Source: Octopus sinensis (Eukaryota). Taken from it: a stretch of 64,000 bases of DNA. Shown here piece after piece: positions 1-11,282 of this stretch. The position numbers and the translations under genes were made by a program. The stretch covers positions 75,516,001 to 75,580,000 of the forward strand of contig NC_043005.1 of assembly GCF_006345805.1 (NCBI RefSeq), written 5' to 3'. A model generated the notes under the pieces. That model did no database searches. It saw nothing but the letters and a program-made list of their open reading frames with translations, and was not told the DNA's origin. Numbering within the stretch: position 1 is the first letter of the stretch; each line of letters begins with the position of its first letter.

Positions 1-1805
1 CATCTATTTCGATTTGTTTTGATTTTTTTTTTTGATTTTCACTTGCCTCAACAGGTCTTCACAAGTGTCACAAGAAGGGAGGTATGCACAGGTGAACTGA
101 CTACGTCCCAGGTAGGGGCCACGGGTTATGGCCTGACTAGTCTTGCCGGGTCTTCGGATGGTCTTTATGTGCCACCGACACAGGTGCCAGATGAGGCTGG
201 CGAACGGCCACAATCGGATGGTGTTTGCTATGTGCCCACAGCACGGAGGCCAGTCGATACGGTACTGGCTACGGCCACGTTCGGATGGTTTTCTTGTGTG
301 CCACCGGCACTGGTAACAAAGATACAAATTCCATGATGATCATCTATTTTATTTTGATTTTCACTTTCACTTGCCTCAACAGGTCTTCACAAGTGTCACA
401 AGAAGGAAGGTATGCACAGGTGGACTGACTACGTCCCAGGTAGGGGCCACGGGTTATGGCCTGACTACTCTTGCCGGGTCTTCTCACGCACAGCATACTT
501 CCATAGGTCTCGGTCTCTAGTCATTCCTTGGTGAGACCTAAAGTTCGAAGGTCGTGCTTCACCACCTTGTCCAGGTTTTCCTGGGTCTACCTCTTCCACA
601 GGTTCCCTCAACTGCTAGGGTGTAGCACTTTTGCACACAACTATCTACAGCCATTCTCGTCACATGACCATACCAGCGCAGCCGTCTCTCTTGCACACCA
701 CAATTGACGCTTCTTAGGTTCAACTTTTCTCTCAAGGTACTTACACTCTGACGATTATGAACACTGACATTACACATCCATCGGAGCATACTGGCTTCAT
801 TTCTTGCAAGCTTACGCATATCCTCAGCAGTCACGGCCCATGTTTCACTACCATGTAGCATGGTTGTACGTACACATGCATCATACAGTCTGCCTTTTAC
901 TCTGAGCGAGACGCCTTTTGTCACCAGCAGGGGTAAGAGCTCTCTAAACTTTGCCCAAGCTATTCTTACTCTAGCAGTTACACTTTCAGCACACCCACCC
1001 CCGCTACTGACTTGGTCTCCTAGGTAGCGGAAGCTATCAACTACTTCTAGTTTGTCTCCCTGGAACGTGGTAGAAGTTGGTCTCTGCACATTTCCAGTGT
1101 TTATTGCTCCTGAGCATCTGCCACAGACAAAAACTATTTTCCTAGTTAGCCTTCCTTTGACATTGCTGCACCTCTTATGTGTCCATAGCTACACTTGGTG
1201 CACCTTATAGAGTTTCTACCTACCCTTTTTTACAGATCGAGCAGGGCCATCTACCTGAAGTCGTTTGTGATTGGTCCACCTTCCTACTTATTGGACTTTG
1301 GTTTTGGCTAGGTTGATTCTAAGGCCCTTCGATTCTAATCCTTGTTTCCACACCTGAAACTTCTCCTCCAGTTCTGATAGTGACTCAGCAATTAGAGCAA
1401 GGTCGTCAGCATAGAGGAGCTCCAGGGGCATCCTGTCTTGAATTCCTCCGTTATTGCCTGGAGGACTATGATAAATAGGAGGGGACTGAGGACTGAACCT
1501 TGGTGGACCCCAACCTCTACCCGGAATTCTTCACTGTACTCGTTGCCAACCCTCACCTTACTAGCAGCGTCTCTGTACATGGCTTGCACAGCTCTCACTA
1601 ACCATTCATCTATCCCTAGTTTCCTCATTGACCACAGATAAGGGATCGGGGGACCCTGTCAAAGGATTTCTCCAAGTCAACAAGCCAGGTACAAGGGCTT
1701 GTCTTTGGCTAGGTATATTCTCCTCCTGCAGCTGTCTTACCAGGAATATAGCATCAGTAGTACTTTTCCCTGGCACGAACCCAAACTGCATATCATCTAA
1801 GCTAG
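1..1805 (-). mobile_element. RTE-clade non-LTR retrotransposon, 5'-truncated; RT C-terminal half plus 3' UTR (3' end runs off the window)
   Basis: Minus-strand pieces read QFGFVPGKSTTDAIFLVRQLQE, GVHQGSVLSPLLFIIVL, (W)ELLYADDL, LEVVDSFRYLG, LHGSETW and RRLRWYGHV..GRGRPRKTW, which are canonical RTE RT motifs. The frame is broken by single-base indels. Confidence 0.95.
559..1791 (-). pseudogene. Frameshifted reverse transcriptase ORF of the RTE element
   Basis: ORFs 1606-1791, 1392-1628 and 559-1089 are consecutive RT segments in different frames. Confidence 0.9.
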
Positions 1806-1892
1806 GGTGAAATTAATTAATTTGGAATAATCATTAATTTCACCAAGTAGATTTCGGCATGTAAAAGCCCCATTCAAGGAAGGTTTAAGTAA

Positions 1893-2247
1893 TACTAAGT
1901 AATTAAGGGTTTAGCAACGATTTGCCTCACCACATACCGAATTTAGAAATAGCAGTCAAAGAGTTATGGCTATTCTTTCTACTTAAAAGGGAGATCTCAG
2001 TAAAACCACAGCACTTAAAAGGCAAACAACGCAGGCAAAAGAGAAAGAAATGACGACAATCATTCTATATCAAGTCACCTACGGACGTACGTTTCGAAAT
2101 TAAGTCATAGGAAAGCATAAAAATTAAATAATTATGTCTTACCCAACTATTTTTCTCTTCAGCGTAGGACTCTTCAATTATAAATAATTGCGTCTAAATT
2201 CGGAGTGTGGTGAGGCAAATCGTTGCTAAACCCTTAATTACTTAGTA
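1893..2247. mobile_element. MITE with 55-bp terminal inverted repeats and TA ends (Tc1/mariner-type)
   Basis: 1893-1947 and 2193-2247 are reverse complements (53/55 identical, TACTAAGTAATTAAGGGTTTAGCAACG...). The interior is non-coding. Confidence 0.85.
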
Positions 2248-2483
2248 TATATATATATATATGTATGTGTGTGTATATGTTTGTGTGTCTGTGTTTGTCC
2301 CCCCAGCTTTGCTTGACAACCAATGCTGGTGTGTTTATGTCTCCTTAACTTAGCGGTTTGGCAAAAGAGACCGATAGAATAAGTACTAGGCTTACAAAGA
2401 ATAAGTCCTGAAGTCGATCTGCTCAACTAAAGGTGGTGCTCCAGCATGGCCGCAGTCAAATGACTGAAACAAGTAAAAGAGTA
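2248..2483 (+). mobile_element. SINE family A (OR-like CORE SINE), 3' half
   Basis: Internal TA/TG tract, body shared with many copies in the window, and GAAACAAGTAAAAGAGTA tail. Confidence 0.9.
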
Positions 2484-2532
2484 AGGCAATAGAAGCACCA
2501 ACCAAATTTTTTATTGAATTTACTTTTGTTCT

Positions 2533-2798
2533 GGAGGCACATGGCCTAGTGGTTAGAGCAGCAGACTCGTGGTTGAGGAATTGTGGGTTCGAATCTCAGA
2601 CCGGGCGATGTGTGTGTTTATGAGTGAAACACCTAAGCTCCACGTGACTCTGGCAGAAGGTAATGGCGAACTTCTGCTGACTCTTTCGCCACAACTTTCT
2701 CTCAATCTTTCCTCCTGCATCTCGCAGCTTACCTGTGCCAAGGAAACCGGGAAACCGGCCCTATGAGCCAGGTGTGGCTCAAGAAGGAACAAACAAAA
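2533..2798 (+). mobile_element. SINE family C (tRNA-derived head)
   Basis: A-box TGGCCTAGTGG and B-box GGTTCGAATCT. A near-identical inverted copy lies at 59930-60217. Confidence 0.85.
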
Positions 2799-2810
2799 AC
2801 TTTTGTTCCG

Positions 2811-3020
2811 GCAGCAAGCTGGCAGAATTGTGAGCTTGCTGCACAAAGTACTTTGCAGCATTTCGTCTGCCTTTACATTCTGAGTTCAGATTTCATGAGG
2901 TCAACTTTGCCATTCATCTTTTTAGGATCTATGAAATATGCACCAGACAAGCCAGGTGGGAAGTTTAATTGACTAGGCTCCTTCCCCCAATTTTCAGGCC
3001 TTGTGCCTATTGTAGAAAGG
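2811..3020 (+). mobile_element. SINE family B (tRNA head, Meta-domain-like core), degenerate
   Basis: GGCAGCAAGCTGGCAGAA...GAGTTCAGATT...CTTTGCCATTCATC matches the other family B copies. Confidence 0.7.
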
Positions 3021-3170
3021 ATTACTTTTACTTTTGTCTTTCAAATTTGAGAGTTTGAAATCTATCGTCAGAGCTCTCTATTTTGGCTCAAGATCAGACC
3101 AGAAGAGATTTTTCTAGAGATACCATTTGTATAGCAAAGGTGGCTATGTTCTTTAGTAAGGTACTATTAG

Positions 3171-3960
3171 CAGTGTGTGTGTGTGTGTGTCTGTGTGTAA
3201 TTACATGTTTGTACCATTGTGTAACTGTGCATTTGTTGCCTGTGTGTGTGTGTGTGGGGGGGGGGGCATTAGTGTATGTGCAGGTATGTGTGTGCCTTTG
3301 TGACTGTGTGTGTATCTATGCATTAGAGTGTGCGTGCATGTATGTGGATATGTGAGACAGTGTGTGTATTTGTATGTGTGTATATATATATGTGTGTGTG
3401 CATGTGTGACTGTATATCTGTACATCTGTAAATGTATGTATGTGTATGTGCATGTATCTGTGTGTGTACATCTGTGTAACTATGAGTGTGAGTGTGTGCG
3501 TGCATGTATAATTACATGTTTGTGCCTTTGTGTACCTGTGCATTTATTGCCTGTGTGTGTGTGTATCTGGGCATCAGTGTGTGTGCATGTATGTGTGTGT
3601 CTGTGCGACTGCGAGTGTGTATCTATGAATCAGTGTGTGCATGCATGTATGTGGGTATGTGAGGGTGTGTGTATTTGTATGTGTGTATATATATGTATGT
3701 ATGTGTGTTATTGTATATCTGTACACCTGTAAATGTATGTATGTGTATGTGCGTGTATCTGTGTGTGTGTGAGTATCTATGCATCAGTGTATGTATGCAT
3801 GTATATATGTATGTGAAAGTGTGTGTATTTGTATGTATGTATATATATATGTGTGCATGTGTGACTGTATATCTGTACATCTGTAAATGTATGTATGTGT
3901 ATGTCTGTGTATCTGTGTGTGTGCATCTGTGGAACTGAGTGTGAGTGTGTGTGCGTGCGT
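3171..3960. repeat. Degenerate (TG/TA)n array with higher-order repeat
   Basis: TAATTACATGTTTGT recurs about 310 bp apart, and the TGTATATCTGTACAYCTGTAAATGTATG block occurs three times. Confidence 0.85.
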
Positions 3961-4189
3961 GTTTTATTACACCTAATTCCAGTTGCGTCACACCTATAAC
4001 TTTGTGAAATTCTTCAATGAATTAATCAAGAAAGTTTGAGAGAATGTAGGACTTCTCACAATCTAGAAATAGGAAATTGGAACCAACAGAAGACACAGAA
4101 ATTTAAAGTCATTTCTCTTCTGCTGATTAGGAAAGAGACCTCCTTCTTCACTTAACTCCCACAACTATTTATCTTACTAACACAAATAC

Positions 4190-4239
4190 CATTTTGGAGA
4201 GAAATGACCTTTTCCTGGTTGGCACCTGTTCTATGCATC
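4190..4239 (-). CDS. Candidate 50-nt internal exon (unassigned gene)
   Basis: Acceptor TTTATTTTTGTGTAG and donor G|GTATTT. Two frames are open: CIEQVPTRKRSFLSKM or MHRTGANQEKVISLQN. Confidence 0.25.
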
Positions 4240-4461
4240 CTACACAAAAATAAAAGCTGCATCAAAGGCATAATGATGGCTGTGCTTACCAACCACATGG
4301 TTTGGGGTTCAGTCCCACAACATGGTACCTTGGTCAGATGTCTTCTATTATAGCTCCAGGCTGACCAAAGCCTTGTGAGTAGATTTGGTAGAAGAAAATA
4401 TGAAGAATCCTGTTATATATATGTATATTACATTTATATGTATTTGTGTACATGTGTATGC

Positions 4462-4498
<37 letters not shown>

Positions 4499-4500
<2 letters not shown>

Positions 4501-4838
4501 TCATCATCATCATCATTTAACGTCCGTTTTCCGTGCTAGCATGGGCTGGGCGGTTTGACCGGGTCTGGGAAGCCAGGAGGCTGCACCAGGCTCCAGTCTG
4601 ATCTGGCAGTGTTTCTACAGCTGGATGCTCTTCCTAATGCCAACCACTCTGTGAGTGTAGTGGGTGCTTTTTATGTGCCAGCGGCACAGGTGCCAGAGGA
4701 GGCTGACAGCGGCCACATTCGGATGGTGCTTTTTACGTGCCACCGGTACAGGTATCACAACTCCAATTTTTCCATTTGATATTTATTTTGATATTCATGT
4801 ACTTGACTCAATAGGTCTCCTCAAGCACAGCAGGTCAC
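4499..4838 (-). mobile_element. RTE LINE 3' end (truncated copy with (GAT)n tail)
   Basis: (CAT)n followed by TTTAACGTCCGTTTTCC..GCTAGCATGGG, with the same ~60-bp units seen in the 3' UTR at 155-330. Confidence 0.85.
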
Positions 4839-5298
4839 CCTACTCTTTTACTTGTTTCAGTCATTTGACTGCTGCCATGCTGGAGCACTGCCTTTAGTCA
4901 AACAAAGGATGTATTCTTTGTAAGCCTAGTACTTATCCTATCAGTCTCTTCTGTCGAGCTTCTAAGTTTTGGGGACATGAACACACCAACATTGTCAAGC
5001 AATGGAGGGGGAACAAACACACACACACCATCCACTGCACAGAGTGTTCTGAGTGCTTTATACATGGAACCAGCATGAGTGGTTTATATGCGACAGCAGC
5101 ACAGGTCTGTGTGTGAGTGTGTGCATGCACACACACGCGCATGTATGCCTTTGTGCCTGCTCCTACCTCACCACTTTATGAACAGTATAGGCTTATTTAC
5201 ATCCCTATCACTTAACAGTTAAGCAGTACACTTTTCCATGCTAGTAGGGGTTAAACAGAATTCATTAAGGCTGATTTTCTATGGCTAGATGCCCTTTC

Positions 5299-5364
<66 letters not shown>

Positions 5365-5374
5365 GATATATATG

Positions 5375-5766
5375 ATTGTGGTAAGTAGCTTGTTTACCAA
5401 CCACATGGTTCCAGGTTCAGTGCCACTGTGTGGCACCTTGGGCAGGTGTCTTCTACTATAACCTCGGGCCGACAAAAGCCTTGTGAGTGGATTTGGTTGA
5501 CGGAAACTGAAAGAAGCCCGTCGTATATATGTATATATATATATGTGTGTGTGCATGTACATTTGTGTGTCTGTGTTTGTCCCCCTAGCATTGCTTGACA
5601 ACCGATGCTGGTGTGTTTATGTCCCCGTCACTTAGCAGTTCGGCAAAAGAGACCGATAGAATAAATACTGGGCTTACAAAGAATAAGTCCCGGGGTTGAG
5701 TAGCTCGATTAAAGGTGGTGCTCCAGTATGGCTGCAGTCAAATGACTGAAACAAGTAAAAGAGAGT
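5375..5766 (+). mobile_element. SINE family A, full length
   Basis: tRNA-like head, CORE-like ACCTTGGGCAGGTGTCTTC, internal microsatellite and GTAAAAGAG tail. Confidence 0.9.
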
Positions 5767-5779
5767 ATATACACAGGAC

Positions 5780-6095
5780 TTAGATTCTCTCAAATGCCCA
5801 GGAGGCTCTCTTGATTTGTAGATAGTTTCTGTTACTTAGGTGACAAAATTAGTAATGGTGAAGGATGCTCTGAAAGTATTGTTTCTAGAATAAGAATAGG
5901 GTGGAGGAAGTTCAGGGAGCTATTACTTCTGTTGGCAACAAAAGGGCTCTGTCTCTCAGAGTAAAAGGTAGACTGTATGTGGATGGTGTTCGGAAGGGCA
6001 TCCAGACGTAGAGAACATGCCTAAACAGACAACTGGACCCTGGTGCTGCTCTCTGGCTTGCCTACTCCTGTCAAACTGTCCAACCCATGCCAGTG
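5780..6095 (+). mobile_element. Internally deleted RTE fragment (RT piece fused to 3' UTR)
   Basis: Translates VDSFCYLGDKISNGEGCSESIVSRIRIGWRKFREL..LRVKGRLY, then continues into RTE 3'-UTR-like sequence. Confidence 0.8.
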
Positions 6096-6154
6096 GTGGT
6101 GGTCACTGCCACCATTATTCTAGATATTTTCCTTCATTATTAGTAACATAATAT

Positions 6155-6375
6155 GCAAGGTGGTGAGCTGACAAAAGCCTTCGCATGTTGGACAAAAATG
6201 CTTTGTGGCATTTCGTCCATCTTTTCTTTCTGAGTTCAAAGTCCACCATGGTTGGCCTTGCCGTTCATCCTTCTGGGGTCCATGAAACAAGAACCAGTTG
6301 AACACTGGGGATGATGTAATTTACTTATCCCCTCCTCCAAAACTTCAGGATTTGTGCCTATAGCAGAAAGATTAT
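6155..6375 (+). mobile_element. SINE family B, degenerate
   Basis: GGTGGTGAGCTGACA...GAGTTCAAAGTCC...CCGTTCATCCTTCTGGGGTC. Confidence 0.7.
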
Positions 6376-6570
6376 TAATAACATAATCCCATCTGTACAG
6401 TAAATCATTGATCTCTTGGTTGTAAAATTCTTCAAATTTCAAAGCAAACAAACGTTCATTATCATTTCTTAACCTCTTTGCAATAAACTATTTTCTCTTC
6501 TGAATAATGTTGCAATGATCTGGAAAGATGACATTCACACGGAACAAGATCAGGAGTGTAAGTAAGATTA
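6376..6570 (-). mobile_element. Degenerate mariner transposase C-terminal fragment
   Basis: TPDLVPCECHLSRSLQH resembles SPDLAPSDYHLFRSLQ. LFALKFEEFYNQEINDLLYRWDYVINN resembles FFASK..FY..GI..L..RW..VI.N. Confidence 0.65.
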
Positions 6571-7039
6571 GGCAAAATAATTTAGTGCCATGGGGTATTG
6601 CTTTATCCAGATGTATTATCCACATACCAATAATTACTTATATATATCTAGCCAAAAGAAATGAATATGTTGTGTTTATTGTTTGTTGTATCATAGTTAA
6701 TGACTAGGAGATGAAAATCATTATTGTATTTTGAATATTGAAATAAAAAAATATATCTATTTCAATATCTTTGTCAATATCTAATGTGTATATCTGTGTA
6801 TAAGACTTGCCTATTTTTATTCTTAGACGTAAGAAAAAATTGCAGTGTATCTAATGTGATGGTTTTATGGATGCTATACTGAGTGTATGAGTGGATGATG
6901 AAATATATTAAATTTGTGTCTTTTTTTCTACTTTCAGAAAATATATAATTCTTTTTTTTCCATAAAAAAGTTGAAGTTTGTCATATGTGTGAGTGTTTTC
7001 TTGTATACTGGCAAATATGTTATGTCAGAATCTATCTAA

Positions 7040-7375
7040 CTATATGCGTGTGTGTTTGTATGTATATATATATATATATATCTACATCTATGTGTGTGTG
7101 TGTATATATATACGCACACATAGATATAGATATTTATATATATACGTGTATATATACATACATACATTTGAATATATATATATATACATACATATATATA
7201 TGCATGTATATATATGTATATATGTATATATATATATTTATATATACGTACATATATATTTTTATATATATATGTATATATGTATATATATATATTTATA
7301 TATATGTATATATATATTCGTATATATATTTATATATATATATACATATATGTATGTGTTTGTGTGTGTGTGTTG

Positions 7376-7414
<39 letters not shown>

Positions 7415-7470
7415 ATGTATGTGTCTGTATAAATATATGTATATACACAAAAGATATAGATATATAAATA
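7040..7470. repeat. (TA)n/(TG)n compound microsatellite
   Basis: Seen directly in the sequence. Confidence 0.95.
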
Positions 7471-8249
7471 GATAAATAACAAAAGTTCATATAAGTTGGT
7501 TTTATGATTACAGTTTGCACAGGTTTTTCCTTTTTTCTATATTTGGTCATCCCTGAGGTCATCTACTATTACCTATTGTTTTCTCCCCCTCTCCCTCTCT
7601 CTCTCTCTTTCTCTCTAATTCATATCTAACTTCGTCCTTACACATACTCCTCTTCTTTCCTTTATTTTCCCAATTTCTCTTGTTTCCATTTTTTTTTCAC
7701 TTCTATTCTCGAAGTCTCACTCCCCCACAAAATAAAATATAAGTTTGATGGAATTTTATACATATATTCTTCTTTCTACTCGAATAATTTACCCGATGCA
7801 TTCACATGCAAAAGTAATGGATTTCCGCACATCTAACTAATTGTCAACTACCCTGCGTGTTACAGTTTCTACAAGATTTGTTTCATTCGTTACATTGCGT
7901 GATTTTACCCCCTACCCCTATTGTAATTTGATATTTTTCCACGTCTCTTGTTCATTCTATTGTTTTCTTTAGTTTTGTCTAGAGATACTTTGCATTGACA
8001 TCAATAGAACAAAACCTCCCGACATTATTCCACAAGACAATATAAATGTTTTGCAGTGTGAGGATAAAAGGTTTCTTAGTATTCCTAATGAGTTCCATAT
8101 AATATATATATATGTGTGCGCGTGTATGCATTTATGTATGTATGTGTGTGTGTATGAATGTATGTGTGTGTGTATATATATATATATGTATGGATGTATA
8201 TAAATATATATATTCATATATATACATATACATATAAACATATATATTC

Positions 8250-8283
<34 letters not shown>

Positions 8284-8457
8284 ATGTATGTGTATATATG
8301 ATGCGTATGTATGTCTATCTACAGATATACAAATAGAAAGATAGATCCACATGTATATATATATAATATATATATATATGTATGATGATGATGTGATGAT
8401 GATAAAATATATATGATATATACATATATATATAATATGTATATATGCATATATATA

Positions 8458-8493
<36 letters not shown>

Positions 8494-8756
8494 GTATGTA
8501 TGTATGCATGTGTGTGTGTGATGTATGTATGTATGTATGTATGTATCTATCTATCTATATATAATATATATATATATACACACATTCAATATATAAATAA
8601 GAAAAATCACTGAATGCCTATAGTTATATGAAATCTTATCTGATCTACACATACTGTGATTGTATGGCTCAACTGAGACGTGTTACTGACAATACTTGGT
8701 AGCCAACCTACTGAGTCAGTCACCAAAATGCCTCCATAGTTTTTGTTTGTGTTTAA

Positions 8757-8783
8757 TTATTATTGTTATTATTATTATTATTA

Positions 8784-8834
<51 letters not shown>
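8757..8834. repeat. (ATT)n microsatellite
   Basis: Seen directly in the sequence. Confidence 0.95.
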
Positions 8835-8836
<2 letters not shown>

Positions 8837-9109
8837 CTTTGTATGCTATGCATATGTCTCTTTTTCAGTGTATACCATATATACTTTCTTTCCTTTTTTT
8901 ATCATTTCATTATATGTAAACCCCCAACACTTATCTGTTTTTATGTAAACCCCCCACACTTTATGCCTGTCTCATCCTTCACCCTTCTAGCAAATAAATG
9001 AAATCATCGTCGTCGTCGTCATTATCATCATTATATTATTATTATTATTATTATTATTATTGTTAATCATTAAGGCTTGCTACATTGTTAGGAAATCTTT
9101 TATATTGTA

Positions 9110-9270
9110 TTTTTTGATGATTGAGAAATTGAGGCAACATGCCAGCCTCAAATTTTGCATGAAGCTTTAGAAACATGCTTCCAAGATACTCAAAATGATT
9201 TGTCAGGCTTTTGGTAAACATTCTTTAGGTCAAATACAAGGTTTTCGAGTTGTGCACACAAATGTGTTGA
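9110..9270 (+). mobile_element. Degenerate mariner transposase N-terminal (HTH) fragment
   Basis: LRQHASLKFCMKL*KHASKILKMICQAFGKHSL resembles the mariner N-terminus EQRACIKFCFKLGKSA.ET..ML.QAFG. Confidence 0.6.
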
Positions 9271-9502
9271 TTCAAGATGCTGTACATTGAGATTGTTGAA
9301 CCACTTGCCTTCAGCCAGAAAATGGGGAAAAAAAAAAATTTAATTCTTCGATTAGAATTACCACTGAACCATCTGTTTGCTCTCTCATATGAGTGGAATC
9401 AGTTATGGAATCTCATGGAAACCCGAATTATATACCATACTGAAGTGAAGTTTGTTCTCTGGTTTTCGATACTTGATTAAATGTCATATCTTGACAAGTA
9501 TG

Positions 9503-10072
9503 TATTGGGTAGTTTGGAAAGTTTGTGTCGAATTTTAAAGGAAAGAAAAAGGTCAATAAATACTTGCCATTACATTTTTAATCAACCAAATGTGAACCAT
9601 TTCGTTGCACAATGCATCTCCATCTTTCCTTTAACTTGAAAATACCCTCTTCCCAGAATTGAGGTGGTTTCATGGCAAAGAATTCATCAAGGTATCGTTT
9701 TACGTCATCCAAGGAATTGAAATTTTTACCATTAGGACTATTCTGCAGAGACCTGAATAAGTGGAAATCCGAAGGAGCAATATCTGGTGAATAAGGAGGG
9801 TGGGGTAACACATCCCAGCCGAGCTGCAGCAATTTTTGTCTGGTTCCTAAAGCATCATGAGCTGAAAATGGACTTTCTTATCTTCCATTTTAAAGGGTTA
9901 AAGGATTAACACAGGTTATAGAAACATAAACCCTCTTCCATAAAAAGATGGCTTAAACTGTGCTCTAAATGGAGGTGTAGTCAAATCCTATTTTATGAAC
10001 TCAATCATGTTCTAAAATAAATCGAAATGTAGGCTACTATAAATCGGCATGAACTTTCTAGACAACCCAATA
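9503..10072 (-). mobile_element. Internally deleted mariner element (570 bp) with both TIRs
   Basis: ORF 9578-9832 carries WDVLPHPPYSPDIAPSDFHLF. The termini TATTGGGTAGTTTGGAAAGTT.. and ..AACTTTCTAGACAACCCAATA are imperfect inverted repeats. Confidence 0.9.
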
Positions 10073-10794
10073 CTTTGAGCTTTATGAGAACACTAACAAT
10101 CACCCAATTTCCTCATTAGAATTAGCCAGGTGATGTAAGTTGGGTTGACAGCTTTGATACAGAGACAAACCAGCACTCATTGCAATGAAAGAGCTGGCAG
10201 TCAATAAGATCAAAGAAATCATGTTAGGTCTTGAGTGAAAGGCAAAGTTCATAATTTTCTCAAGGTCAAGGGCATTATTCATTCTGTGAAATGTTTAGTA
10301 CCAGGAAGGGTATCCGAATGTAAAAAAATGCCAAAACAGACACAGAAGTATGGTGCAGGCTTCTGCTTGTCCAGCTCCTGTCAAACTATTCAACCCATGT
10401 CAGCATGGAAAGAGGATGTTAAACGATGATGATGATGATATTTTTTTCCCTGGCAGTATGATGAATTCTGATATTTGGTGCTATGATTTGAGGTGTTAGA
10501 AAGAAATATGTGGATTAAACACATGCACACATACGCACACACACACACACATACACTCACACACATACACACAGCTGTGGAGCAAATGCATTTAGCTTCT
10601 ACCCTCATGACAACACATGCTCATACCACCTTCAAGATGATGCAATTTTTGGCGAAGAATGAAATGGAATTCCTTCCACACATCTCATACTTACCTGTCC
10701 AACCTGTCTTTGACTTACTTAGGTTTCTAAATGGACATGCATACATATGTGTGTGTGTGTATGAATAAATAAATACATCTATATATATATATAG

Positions 10795-10829
<35 letters not shown>

Positions 10830-11212
10830 ATATATTATATATATGGCGGTTGCCCCAGCATGGCACAGCTCATGAGCTGAAACTAGAATCAATCAATCAT
10901 ATATATAATATATATATATATTATATATATATATATATATTGATATATCATCATCATCATCGTTTAACACCCATTTTCCATGCTAGCATGGGTTATATAT
11001 AAATTAGAAAAAAACAATACATACAATATGTATATATGTATATGTATGTATATATATATATTATAATATATATTATACATATATGGGTTATGCATAAATG
11101 TATACACACACCACACATATACAGATACATTCCTACAAAACCTACATACATATGTGTGTGTATAAATGTATATATAATATACATATATATGTATAGTATA
11201 CATATATATATA

Positions 11213-11254
<42 letters not shown>

Positions 11255-11282
11255 TATATGTATATATATAGATATATATATA

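Noticed and set aside
155-330. CRISPR-like repeat spacing in RTE 3' UTR units
   Set aside because: This is a eukaryotic LINE UTR with degenerate tandem units, no unique spacers and no cas genes.
2533-2605. tRNA genes at SINE heads (also at 58447, 60217 and in family A/B heads)
   Set aside because: A/B boxes are present but there is no complete cloverleaf, and the heads continue into repeated SINE bodies.
6236-6451. Kinesin-like motif FEEFYNQEINDLL in a minus-strand ORF
   Set aside because: The flanking sequence aligns better with the mariner transposase C-terminus (the adjacent frame gives PDLVP..HL.RSLQ), and there are no convincing splice sites.
6985-7475. Long YI/IY/CV/HT-rich ORFs here and at 27.0-27.6, 46.6-46.9 and 62.6-64.0 kb
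   Set aside because: They are translations of stop-free dinucleotide microsatellites.
10100-10282. 60-aa hydrophobic ORF after a good acceptor
   Set aside because: The donor is weak, there is no recognisable homology, and its phase is incompatible with the neighbouring candidate exon.
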